Positions 52,966 through 64,000 of a stretch of DNA of 64,000 nucleotides are shown piece by piece (the first letter of the stretch is position 1; every line of letters starts with the position of its first letter). Under the pieces are notes generated by a model, which was given only the letters and a program-made list of their open reading frames with translations, made no database searches and was not told the origin of the DNA. Origin of the DNA: Balanoglossus misakiensis (taxonomy: Eukaryota; Animalia; Hemichordata); contig CM082585.2 of assembly GCA_040954595.2 (NCBI GenBank), positions 9,164,564-9,228,563 of the forward strand, in the 5' to 3' direction. Both the position numbers and the translations under genes were made by a program.

Positions 52966-55900
52966 ATGTCTGACATGGCTTCCTTGGATGAGTCAGAGAC
53001 CTGTGCTATGACAGTGGAGGGCAATTCAAATGATACTGAAGAAAGTAAGTCTAGATTTTAATGTGTTTACACCTACTTAAATACTAGGAAGTTACTTATA
53101 AGTTTATGTACATTTCGGGAGGGGGGGGGGGAGCAAATATATGTAGGTGATGAAAATAGAAATGTAACTTCAGCAAGATATTTTTCAGCTGCAGCCTTCT
53201 GCCCAGTGTCTGCTGTTGACCAATGAGAGTGGTGGACTTTAGGAACTGATGTTAAAAAAGAGAATAACATATCAATATATTTAATATACAATGTAATTGT
53301 ATTTCAGAAAGTGGTGAGCTGAATACAAACGATACAGAAGCCTCAGTCTCACCAGAAAAGTCAGAAGAACCAGTCCTTCCACCTGATGGGGGCGCCAGAC
53401 ACAATGAACCAAGGCTGATGATCACGCACATTGTCAATGAAAACTTCAAATCTTACGCAGGAAAAAGAACCCTTGGACCCTTCCACAAGGTGTGTATCGG
53501 AATATCCATTTGCTTTGCCTGCTGAGATTTTATGTCAAGATACATAAGGGGAGAAGCAAGCATGTCTGTTGAGGGGCTCCAACCATGTTGGTAAGCTGGT
53601 AGCACACTAAGCAAGTTTTGTTTTTGTCATTTTTTTGCCCACAGAACTTTTCCTCCATTGTGGGTCCCAATGGAAGTGGCAAATCCAACGTGATCGATGC
53701 CATGCTGTTTGTGTTTGGTTACCGTGCCAACAAGATCCGTTCCAAGAAAGTGTCTGTTCTTATCCACAATTCCGAGAACCACAAGAACATCACCAGTTGC
53801 AGTGTCCATGTTCATTTCCAGAAGATTATTGATCAGGTAAGGAGTGTGAAGTTTTCAATTTTGGTGTAACCGTCCCTTACACCACCATGGTTTGGTCCAA
53901 CTCCATTGTTTTATTGAGCTTACATATGATTAAAGGCAAATAACAATGTCATTATTCTCTCATCTCCAGCCAGGTGATCAGTACGAAGTTGTCCCAAACT
54001 CCCAGTTCGTCGTTTCTCGTTCGGCATACCGTGACAATACCTCAAACTATTACATCAATGGGCGCAAGACTCCATTCAAAGAAGTTGCCGCTTTGCTGAG
54101 ATTGGAGGGGATCGATTTGGATCACAATAGATTTCTGATCTTGCAGGCAAGCGCTTCAAAAATAATTTACTCTCGAATCTCCTCTAAGAAGCATGAAAAT
54201 GGGTTGCATATTTAATGGTTAATTCAATGCTTTTCGAAGTTGAACCCCTAAAGATCTAGTGGCCAGAAAATAGAACAACTTTTGTTTTCAGCCGTGACAG
54301 TTTTATGTACGTTTTCTAGGGAGAGGTTGAACAGATTGCCATGATGAAACCCAAGGCCCCTAATGAACACGAAGAAGGCATGTTGGAATACCTGGAGGAC
54401 ATCATCGGAAGCAGCAAATACAAGGAACCAATCGAGGAACTCAGCAAGAAAGTGGAAGAACTGAATGAACATAGAGGAGAAAAGGTCAGTTGTAAATTTC
54501 ACCCTTTCTTTTTTCACCACTATGGTTCAGTCCAAACTGATTCATTGTTTTCTATGGCAAGGTTGGACCTCTGAAGAGGGAAGTGGGGGTGAAAGGGTTA
54601 AGCTTCACCTAATACCACTGCCATTGATATACAGAACTGATGTATTTTAATTTGAATACATTGTTCGGTGAAGTCACCCTTTTTTTTGGTTCGTCCAAAT
54701 TTTAGCTGAATAGGGTCAAGGTGGTGGAGAAGGAAAAGGATGAACTTGAAGGAGCCAAGCTGGAAGCTGTGGAGTATCTTTCGATGGAAAACCGCGTCTT
54801 CAAGAAGAAGAACACCCTGTTCCAGAAACACTTGTGAGTTTTTATTCCTGGTTTAACACTGACATTGGTTGAGAAATGAAATGTATTACTCAGTGATGTG
54901 AAGCAACATAACTTCACCAATGCTGTGTGTCGGCTTTTCTTGGCAGGCATAAATTTAATAAAAAAATCATCAAGGTGTCCGAAGAGAGGAAAAAAGCGGA
55001 GGCTGAAATAGAGGGAGTGAAGAAACAGATGGATGATATCACAGAGGCTATCAAAATGAAATCCAAGGAACAGAAGAAGATAATCAGGTGAGGATATCTT
55101 TTTATTGAAGGTATCTTGTTATTTAAATCTCAACAAACAGCACGTCTAATTTTAATCTTTTTTGTTTTAAGGGCAAATGAAAAACTGCAAACCGAAGTCG
55201 AAGAGAGGAAGAACGACTTCACAGAGTTTGAAAAAGAAGACATCAAGACCAGGGAGAATTTGAAACACTCCGCATCTAAAGAAAAGAAACTGCAAAAGGC
55301 CCTACGGAAGGAAAAAGAAAAGGTAATGTAAACAAGGATTGGCACCACAGTACCAGCTCTCATGGATAAAAACCGTCCCGAGTTTTGTTTGTAACTTGTA
55401 ATGAGTATATCGAAGAGTTATAATAAATTAAGTAGATAACATTTGCTTCTGTAAGGACTTCGAGGCCTACAGGGAAAAACAAAGTAAATTAGAAAAGTTG
55501 TCTCCTGATGGCAGTAAATAAAAACTGGCACTCACTACTTATTGTCTTTTTTTCTGCAGTTGGAAGAACTGAAAGCTGTGCCGGGAGACAGCCAGAAGCA
55601 GATTGAGAAAGCTACTAAAAAGAAAGAAGAGTTGGAAGCACAGAGGAAGATCGAGGAAGAAAAACTCAGCAAGATTATGGATGGTTTGAAAACAGAAACC
55701 CAGGGTTTACAGACGGAAAAAGATGTAAGCATCAGGGTGTATCTGAGTTCAGCAAATATTTTTTTCTGATAATAGTCGTGATCTAAATTGTTTGACAATA
55801 CACTGCTGAGCAAATTAACATGGTAACAGTAATGTGTTACTAAGATTGTTACCAACATCGGTTTCCTTTCTGTGCAGGCGAAAGAGAAAGACTTGATGGA

Positions 55901-58900
55901 AATACAGAAATCCGTCAATGAAGCCAAGTCCAAAATGGATGTGTGTAAATCCGAACTCTCCCTGTACAAAAGTCAGCAAGACGGGTTACTGGGACAGTTG
56001 AGTGCCGCCAAGAAGAATTACGAGCATGCCGTGACAACTTTGAAAGACAGAAAAAGGTAGAGTGGCCTTTTGGAGTTTGTAAGAAATGTACTTTTCCACC
56101 ATTCTTGTTTGTTTGGATCATCGGTTCATAAATACCACAGCATGGCATACCCAGCTAAAAATTTCTTGTTGTTATACTTTCTTCTGTTTTTCTTCTTTCC
56201 AAAACAAAAGTGCTGTGAAGTCTCTCGAAACGAAAATTCCGGAAGTGGAGAAAGAACTGCAGAAAGACCGGAAAGAGTTGGGGAAGGCCATAGAGGCAGA
56301 GAAATCTGTCACAGATGAGGTGAGCTGATACGTAACCCTTTGACCACTTTGTTTTCAATTTCCAATGTTAACATGTAATTGTATGTCTGCCCACATCAAA
56401 AACTTGTTCTGTGATATCAACAGGTCAGGAAGAACCGTGTCAAAGTTGAGGAGGCTCGTAGCTCCATGCAGGCATCCAGCAGCCGTGGAGCCGTGCTGGG
56501 AGCTGTCATGGGATGGAAAAACTCCGGCAAGATTCCGGGAATCTTTGGAAGAATGGTGAGTGGCATATCAGACAAACACGTTATAACTCTTTGGATTTTA
56601 GTACGACTGATTTGCAAACATGTGATGCCTGGGTAAACCATACATTCTATTTCCCTGTGCTAACATGCAGGGCGATTTGGGAGCCATCGATGAGAAGTAT
56701 GACGTTGCCATATCAACAGCGTGTGGTGCACTGGATCACATCATCGTAGATACCATGGATACCGCCACAACCTGCGTGGAGTTCCTCAAGAAACAAAACA
56801 TTGGCAAAGCGACTTTCTTAGGACTTGATAAGGTACTGCCAGTTAGCATCTCCACACATCCCAATTATAACACTTATGTTTGTTAAATGTGACAAAAACT
56901 TGGATGTATTGGTGTGACATTTCTTGGTTGATATTACAAAATCTTGATTTTCTTTCTCTTTTCAGATGAAGACGTTCGAAACCCAGGCAAATAATAAGAT
57001 CAAAACGTAAGTTTTTACATTGCACACGATTTTTACACTGTATGTTTGCACATTCTCCAATTTGAACCATTATCCCTCAAATCCATGAAGTAAGACAAAA
57101 CAGTCGGGTAACTTGTATTTTTTTTTTTCCTTCCAGACCTGAGAATGCACCACGTTTGTTCGACCTGGTCAAAGTTGAAGACAAGCGGTTGTTGACGGCA
57201 TTTTATTTTGCCCTGCGCAACACACTGGTGGCTGAGGACTTGGATCAGGCAACAAGGATAGCGTTCCACGGATCCAAACGGTGGCGAGTCGTCACATTGT
57301 CTGGACAACTTATTGACCAATCAGGTCAGTGATCTCAAATACTGAAAACCTAATAAATTTCTGATGGTATTCTTATATTTTGTCTTTGAAGGGACTGTAA
57401 CAACATGGCCACTATAGACAAGTGGCCACAATATAGAGGTGGCCACTAACACAGGTTCGACTTAAACATCTCTCTCCTTGACATCCCAGGTACAATGAGT
57501 GGTGGTGGCACCAGAGTGGCAAAGGGAAGGATGGGATCAGCCGTGGTCGGCGACGTCAGACAAGAGGATGTGGAGAAGATGGAGAAGATGCTGAATGCCG
57601 AGATGAAGCAGGCGGAGCGTTGCCACAACGACAAGATCCAGCTGGAGGAGAGGGTGGAGAAGTTGGAGAAGAGCTTGATGGATATGCGACACAGCTTTGA
57701 AAAATACCACATGGATATCAAGGTGGGTCTGGAATCCTTTGTCTGTTAGTCGTATCATTGTGCATCAGATTTACCCAACAGTTTCTCATTTTCCCCTCTT
57801 GAACATTTTTCCCCTCCGTTTCTTTCCGTGCAGGCCTCGGTGGAACAAGAAGCAACTTCCAAGACACAGGTGAAAGAACTGGAGGAGCAAGTTGCAGCCA
57901 GCGCACCAGACAAGAAGAAACTTGCTGAGATGGAAAAGGCATTCCAAGGAAAGAAGCAAGGTGAGTAAAGATGTCACTGACAGCCCAAGTTTCCAAAAAT
58001 CAAGAATGGCAGTTTTAAGCAATTTTTCAAATGACACCTTGGTTTTGTTTTTATTTCTCTCACTCCTGAAAGATTACGACAAAGTGGCCGGGGCAGCAGC
58101 CAAGATCGAGGCTGAAGTGCAGAAACTACACAAGCAGATCATGGACATCGGCGGAGCCAAGCTGAATTCCCAGCAGGCCAAGCTGGACAATGTTACCATG
58201 GAAATCGACAAATGCACCGGGGCTATCACGAAGGCCAACGTGGCCATCAAGAGCTCGGAGAGGTAAAGTGTGAAGTTTTGAGATCTGGTCAAGATGTCTG
58301 CATTTGGTTTTATTTGTGCGTGTTACTTAGTAAGAAGTCTGGCCATCTCTGGCAGAAATTGTAAGAATGTTACCTATTGACCTTTGAACTTGCCTCAGAT
58401 GAAGAAAAGAGTGATGTCATAGGTGTCATGATATAATTTTGAAAGTGTTACTCTACACTGTGTTCTTTGCATTTTTTTTAGGAATGTCAAGAAAGCGGAA
58501 GACAAAATCGAGTCTACCGAGAACGAAATTGAGGAGAACCGAGAATCTATGAAGAAACTTGAAGAAAGATTCCAGGCACTCGAAGCCGAGGCCACCGAAG
58601 TTCTTCAGGCATACACTGAGGCACAAGAGAAACTGAAAGAAGTCAGCGCTGTCTTGGAAGAATCCAAAGGTAGAATTCAGATACACTAACAAGTGACAAA
58701 TACCAAGTAATTCTCAATTTCTATGCAACCATCACCAAATAACCACTTGCCTCGTGTTGTCACGTTACAGTTGAGGTGACGCAGCTACAGGCCAAGCAGA
58801 ATGAGATGAAGAAGGAGTATTTGGAAGTGTCGCATGGTGTGGAGAAGTGGGACAACTTGTTGAAGGAAAACCAGCAGAAAATCAAACATTTCAAGAGAGA

Positions 58901-60493
58901 GGTTGGTTTTCAATCAATTTCTAATCCTAATAAAATGGCCAGTTCCGATCACACTTTGTTTAGGGTGACATAATATTTTTAAATCTGATGTTGAAATTAC
59001 TTAGTGCTGACATGGAATATTTCTGTCATTTCAGATTGGCAAACTGGAACTTCACCAGGTGGAAGGTGAAGAGATGAAAGAACTGCCGACTCTGTCAGAA
59101 GAGGATCTTGAAGAAGTTGATCCGGAGAAAGTAGAGTATGAAATCGCTGTCGTGGAGGAAGACCTGCAGAAGATGAAACCAAACATGGCTGCCATTGCTG
59201 AATACAAAAAGAAGGTTCTGTAGTGTTTTTCAAAATTTATTCTTAATTTTCCCATTGTAGTGTTTTAGTTGTGGTGTTTAATATTCATTGGACTTTCGGA
59301 TTCAAACATGACATTTGACATTATATTGGCTATTTCGGTTTCTACAGACTATTTGTGTTGTTCTGCTGAATGAGTTGTATAGAGCACATGGGATCATATC
59401 ATATACACATTCGAGCAAAAGAATGACTGAATGATTTTTTATTGATGAACAGGAGGAGCTATACTTGGCACGAGTCGGAGAGTTGGACGACATCACCGAT
59501 CAGAGGGACAAGAAACGCAAGGAACACGAAGACCTGCGGAAGGAGAGACTCACCATGTTCATGGCTGGGTTCAGCGTGATCACCAACAAACTGAAAGAGA
59601 TGTACCAGATGATTACGTTGGGTGGGGATGCAGAGCTGGAGCTGGTCGATAGTTTGGATCCATTCTCTGAGGGTATCGTGTTCAGGTAAGCAGCGAGTGC
59701 CTATCTCACACCCTGAAAAGATATGTTATTATGATTTACTGGATGCTGTCATGTTGTTTGCCCGTCACCTGACAATGCCGTTGGTCACATGGCCAGATCA
59801 TGTGATTGATATTAAAGAACTAGGTAATGAAGCTGACTCTACGTATCTGAAAACTGAAAAAAAAATTGCTTACTTATTCGTATAAGTGACTTATAATTGT
59901 TACTCTGTTGCAGTGTGCGTCCTCCCAAGAAAAGCTGGAAGAACATCTCCAATCTGTCCGGAGGAGAGAAGACACTCAGCTCGTTAGCGTTAGTCTTTGC
60001 TCTTCATCACTACAAACCAACACCTCTATATGTCATGGATGAGATCGATGCAGCCTTGGATTTCAAGAATGTCTCCATCGTGGGAAACTACATCAAGGTA
60101 AGCTGATACCTCTTATCCCTATCATCCCTAGAAAACCAGTGTTATGACCCATGCACTCATTTGTTCAATATAGCCAAGTAGACTATACCACTAGGTAATA
60201 GGGATGGGCAGGGTCATGTATGATATTATTTCCGAAAGTACACTTTTTTGTGAAGTGAAAGACTATTCATATACACAATTTTTGCAATGGAACTGACAGT
60301 TGAACTGACATGTAATTTTTTGTTTTCTTCACAGGAAAGGACAAAGAATGCCCAATTTATAATCATCTCGCTGCGTAACAACATGTTCGAGTTGGCCGAC
60401 AGACTGATTGGAATCTACAAAACGGACAACTGCACAAAGAGTGTCACTATCAATCCCAAAGTAATGGCGCAGGATACCCCTGTACAGGGCTAG
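52966..60493 (+). CDS. SMC4: Structural maintenance of chromosomes protein 4 (condensin subunit)
   Basis: [17 protein letters not shown], Walker [23 protein letters not shown], hinge [21 protein letters not shown] and [26 protein letters not shown], signature LSGGEKT, Walker [23 protein letters not shown]. Multi-exon; ATG directly after an acceptor at 52965. Confidence 0.97.
54498..54601 (-). mobile_element. MITE family A copy (inverted), SMC4 intron
   Basis: Reverse complement of the family A sequence: CACCACTATGGTTCAGTCCAAA...GGACCTCTGAAGAGGGAAGTGGGGGTGAAAGGGTTAA. Confidence 0.75.
57406..57461 (+). repeat. Short TGGCCAC triplicated unit in an SMC4 intron (probable dispersed-repeat remnant)
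   Basis: TGGCCACTATAGACAAG / TGGCCACAATATAGAGG / TGGCCACTAACACAGG. Confidence 0.55.
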
Positions 60494-62486
60494 TCTTCAG
60501 CTAATTTTGTTATGTAAAAATACAAAGACACTGCCATTTAATATAGTCTGGTTTACCCATGATCACTGCCCTGATTTCATTCATCCGATTGCTTCACTAC
60601 TGTGACTGGACTTCAACATTATGAATTGGGGGGTTGCAGGGTCAATGCCTTGGAAACAGGATAGTAGCTAGGAAACTAAAGTAATCATGACAACAAGTTG
60701 ATATTTCCACTGATGAGATTATCTCTATGGTCTAATGAGATACATGTAAATGGTATTTCAGTTTAAGTTGATAAATGTAATACTTCAAAAACATCTCTCA
60801 CTTTAATTTATTAAACTATTCATTCTTTCTGTCTTCTTTATAACTTTCTTTTCAACATTCACTGAATTTTGTACATTAGGGTATTGTTGTGTGAAATAAA
60901 AAAAAGTATTACAAAAGTTCTGTCTCAGGTCAACACTGCCTTAAATAGCGCTATTGTTTTGTTTCAATTAATAGGGCGTGAAGGTAAATAATTACAATCG
61001 ACCAAAACAAACAATGAGATGTGCTGAAACTCTTTATCGGATTAGTTCCACTACTTTCGTCAACAAAACAGTAATTCTGGTGTTTGCGGCCAGATTGGGT
61101 TGAGTGTTTCTGCTGATTGACAGATACACAGTAGATTGAAGTAACAAGTCATATGCCGTGATTACGTAATTTAACTGTCCCAAGCCAACATTGCCATCTC
61201 TATTATCTGAGATGTGCAAATAAGCGAAAACTGTTGATAATCGAGTCGATAATCTGAAATTGCTGATAATAGACACGGTCATTGGAGAATAATCATAATA
61301 TTGACGAAATATGTTGGACAGGCCGGCGGACTGTGTAGCATGCAACAATGATATGCATGGTTGACGAACCATGAGTACGCGTGTTAAAAAGCACAAAGGA
61401 CAATAAATGCCGTTTAAGAAACGCTTAAGAAATGTCAAATATTCGAAATTTCTGCATGGGTACAAGACACACTTCACGAAGCAGTGTTAACCCGTCTGGA
61501 ACATGGAAATAAACGGGCGCAAACGATTTTTTTATGCGAAAAGTTTTGAGTACGTAAATGGCGCCTCCTGTGGTTAATTTGGGTTCAAATTTAAAAAGTC
61601 CCTTTTTTAATGTATTTTTTTTTGTTTCTTTTATAAAATGAATACATATCACAGCGCTGCAACACAATCAACTACCGTACTTTGTAATACGGTGTGACCA
61701 TCAGTTACCATGGTTTTCATCAATATAATGCGTATACAATGTGATATCTCAGGCTCCATATAGTACAGGGGCACAGGAGAAAAACAAAAGAAATCTCTCG
61801 TCAAGGCTATGCCTGTCATTGCTGCAATGAACATTGAAATTGATTCACGTAAGTCTGGTTTTGTTGAGTTCAGAAAGCAAATGCGACGTCAAATAAATTG
61901 ACTGGTCGCAAGCTATATTTACAAATTCTTCAGAGATATGGATTTGATCCATTTAATGCAAATACTCAGTGATACGCTTGCGTGAGCTGTCATCATTACG
62001 TATTGATGTACCAGTCGATCACCGTTGCTTTGGACGCTTTTCTTCTGTCATGCAAATTACCTCTCCATTCAAAGTAAAGTTTTTGTTACTAAGTGGTCAA
62101 AGCACCGCTGTTTACACAGTAATCAATGCGCGAGAACTAAATATTTCAAAGTCCAATCAGCGGCCCGACGCGTGGTGTCATGTCAATTATTTTGCTCGAA
62201 ATTGCACGTTTTTAATGTATAAATTGACAAGAAACGTCAAGAGAATTTGGAAAGGTTGTTGTTAAAACCGCGTACTACTGCCTGACAGCGGATGGATACA
62301 GGATCCCTCGAAACTTTCACATGTAAACATTACCATCATGGCGGAGCTCTGACAAGTGTAGACGACGCGACGTGACGACCGACACCCCCGTCGATGTTTT
62401 CACACTTATTTACTTACCAATATGCACCGTTCCGTCCGTTAACTACGGTGCCAGTTACTGTCAAGTATCGCCGTCCATAGCAGCCA

Positions 62487-62672
62487 ATGTCACAGCATAG
62501 AGGTAGGAACATGACCAAGGGAGCGGAACAACGGCAGGGCTCGGGCTCGGGCAGACTTAAAAACAGTCGGAATCTCCGGTACCTCAACCTATCGTTCGGG
62601 AGTGGGACCAACTCTTCGTCTTCATCCTATACGTCGAAGAGCAACGGGCACAGACCGCACGGTGGTTATAAA
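62487..62672 (+). CDS. Possible first coding exon of a downstream gene (Ser/Gly/Arg-rich, unidentified)
   Basis: ATG-initiated open frame (MSQHRGRNMTKGAEQRQGSGSG..GGYK) ending at the donor-like aaag|gtaggc, inside a CpG-enriched patch with a CCAAT at ~62153. No downstream exon identified. Confidence 0.3.
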
Positions 62673-63233
62673 GGTAGGCATCGCACTTACGAAAACCCGA
62701 GTGTGTCTGCTGCCAACTGTGGAGGTGTGACCCTAAAATTTTTAACACATATTACGTATATGTGTGAAGTATATGATTAGACATTTCAACTGACCGACAA
62801 GTGTACTCTACTCTGTCCCGTTATTAACAATTTTGACAGACGTATGTCTGTGTCTGTAACACCTGTCGTGTTACTCAATCAGGCAGTCAGGTATATCACA
62901 GGACTTACTGGAAATTTTAAATTGGTTCCAGTCTTGTCAAATCAGACTCGGACTCATGTATATTAAAACTCAGTAGCGCGAAATGAACATCATGTCGATT
63001 GCAGATGATACATTTTCTGATGGATAGTGTTAATAAACAAGTGGTAAAATTATATGATGCACGCGAGAAAAAATAAACTGTTGCATAGTATGACTGCTGA
63101 TCACAGAATTTGTATAGAGAACTGTGTATTAAAGTCAAATTATGCGACTACTAACAAACAACCAGAGATTCATGCCAAAAATGTCTGAAAGTCTTGACTG
63201 AATCTCTGACCGCGTTAGTCTCCATCCCTATAT

Positions 63234-63324
63234 TTAACCCTTTCATCACCATGGTTTGGTCCAAATACATTGACTTCTATGGTAAAGTGGGACCTTTAAA
63301 TATGGAAACAGGTAAAGGGGTCAA
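63234..63324 (-). mobile_element. MITE family A copy (inverted, diverged)
   Basis: TTAACCCTTTCATCACCATGGTTTGGTCCAAA...GGACC...AAAGGGGTCAA. Confidence 0.7.
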
Positions 63325-64000
63325 AGAGTAAATCACATTGAACAATAGCAATATATTTCTGCAGAATGAATAAGAATTAACCCAGTTGTTTTTGGAAACT
63401 ATTTGAATTAGCGTTTTATTTACCCAATCTACTGATATCATCAAGTCTTATGAAGTATGTGAATTTTCAAAAAGACATTGTGGTGATCATGAGATATGTG
63501 CAAGCTGAATGTTTTTCACCTCTGCTAAGCAATCCATTAACTTGTGAAGTGTTTTGGCCTATTTTGCTGTAATTCTACTCTGCATCCAAATAGAGACATA
63601 AGTACGTACAGTGTTGAAGGGCGTTGAGGGTACTATGGCGTTATCAACAGGCGGTTTGAAAATACTCTCCCGATCGCCATGCAGCCAGGGTACCCAGGCT
63701 AATACAAATAAGTAGACAGTTGGACATACAGTGACGCAATCCATAAAGTTGTTAAAGCACTTGTGCATTGTGAAGGAGTTTGAACAAATGGTCTCAAAAT
63801 GGTTTAGTATCCCGTCTGGAGTAGGTCGGAGCCTGGTTGTGAAGGGGGTTCGGTACACAATTCATTGTCAGGTCTCTAGCCTACGCTGTTTACCTCAACT
63901 TTTATGCGACTAATCCTAAAGCACAACAAAAGTCCGCCAAACAAGAAGACTACTTGTGTTTGCTTGAAAATCGGCCAGAAACAAGAGATTTGTGGTAATG

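Noticed and set aside
61034-61477. 147-aa minus-strand ORF downstream of SMC4
   Set aside because: Non-ATG start, composition unlike real exons and no recognisable domain.
62414-62716. Minus-strand exon-like signals (donors near 62417 and 62690; possible 26-nt micro-exon 62691-62716)
   Set aside because: They could not be joined into a coherent reading frame; the plus-strand interpretation was kept at low confidence.

Overview
Intron-rich animal genomic DNA with GT-AG spliceosomal introns, from an AT-rich marine invertebrate. It is possibly an ambulacrarian deuterostome, but that is an impression only. The left half (1-30 kb) is accessory-looking. It holds two tandem paralogous Ig-superfamily type I receptors whose cytoplasmic tails share an invariant RHIM-like core (VTCNFMGDVNIGG), a TMTC4-like O-mannosyltransferase, and an uncharacterised 414-aa protein with vault-like repeats, an SPFH domain and a coiled coil. 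It also holds an orphan secreted Cys-rich protein, an MS4A/CD20-like protein, a stand-alone secreted 7-repeat EAR/EPTP propeller and an intronless 3-beta-HSD-like SDR. The right half is housekeeping: a group I PAK, then UXS1 and SMC4 head-to-head, with one GC-AG intron in SMC4. Several short TTAA-flanked dispersed repeats sit in introns. The best candidates for new biology are the Ig receptors with a putative amyloid (RHIM-like) signalling tail and the compact vault-like SPFH protein. All gene models were assembled by eye from splice signals and frame continuity; no database searches were run.
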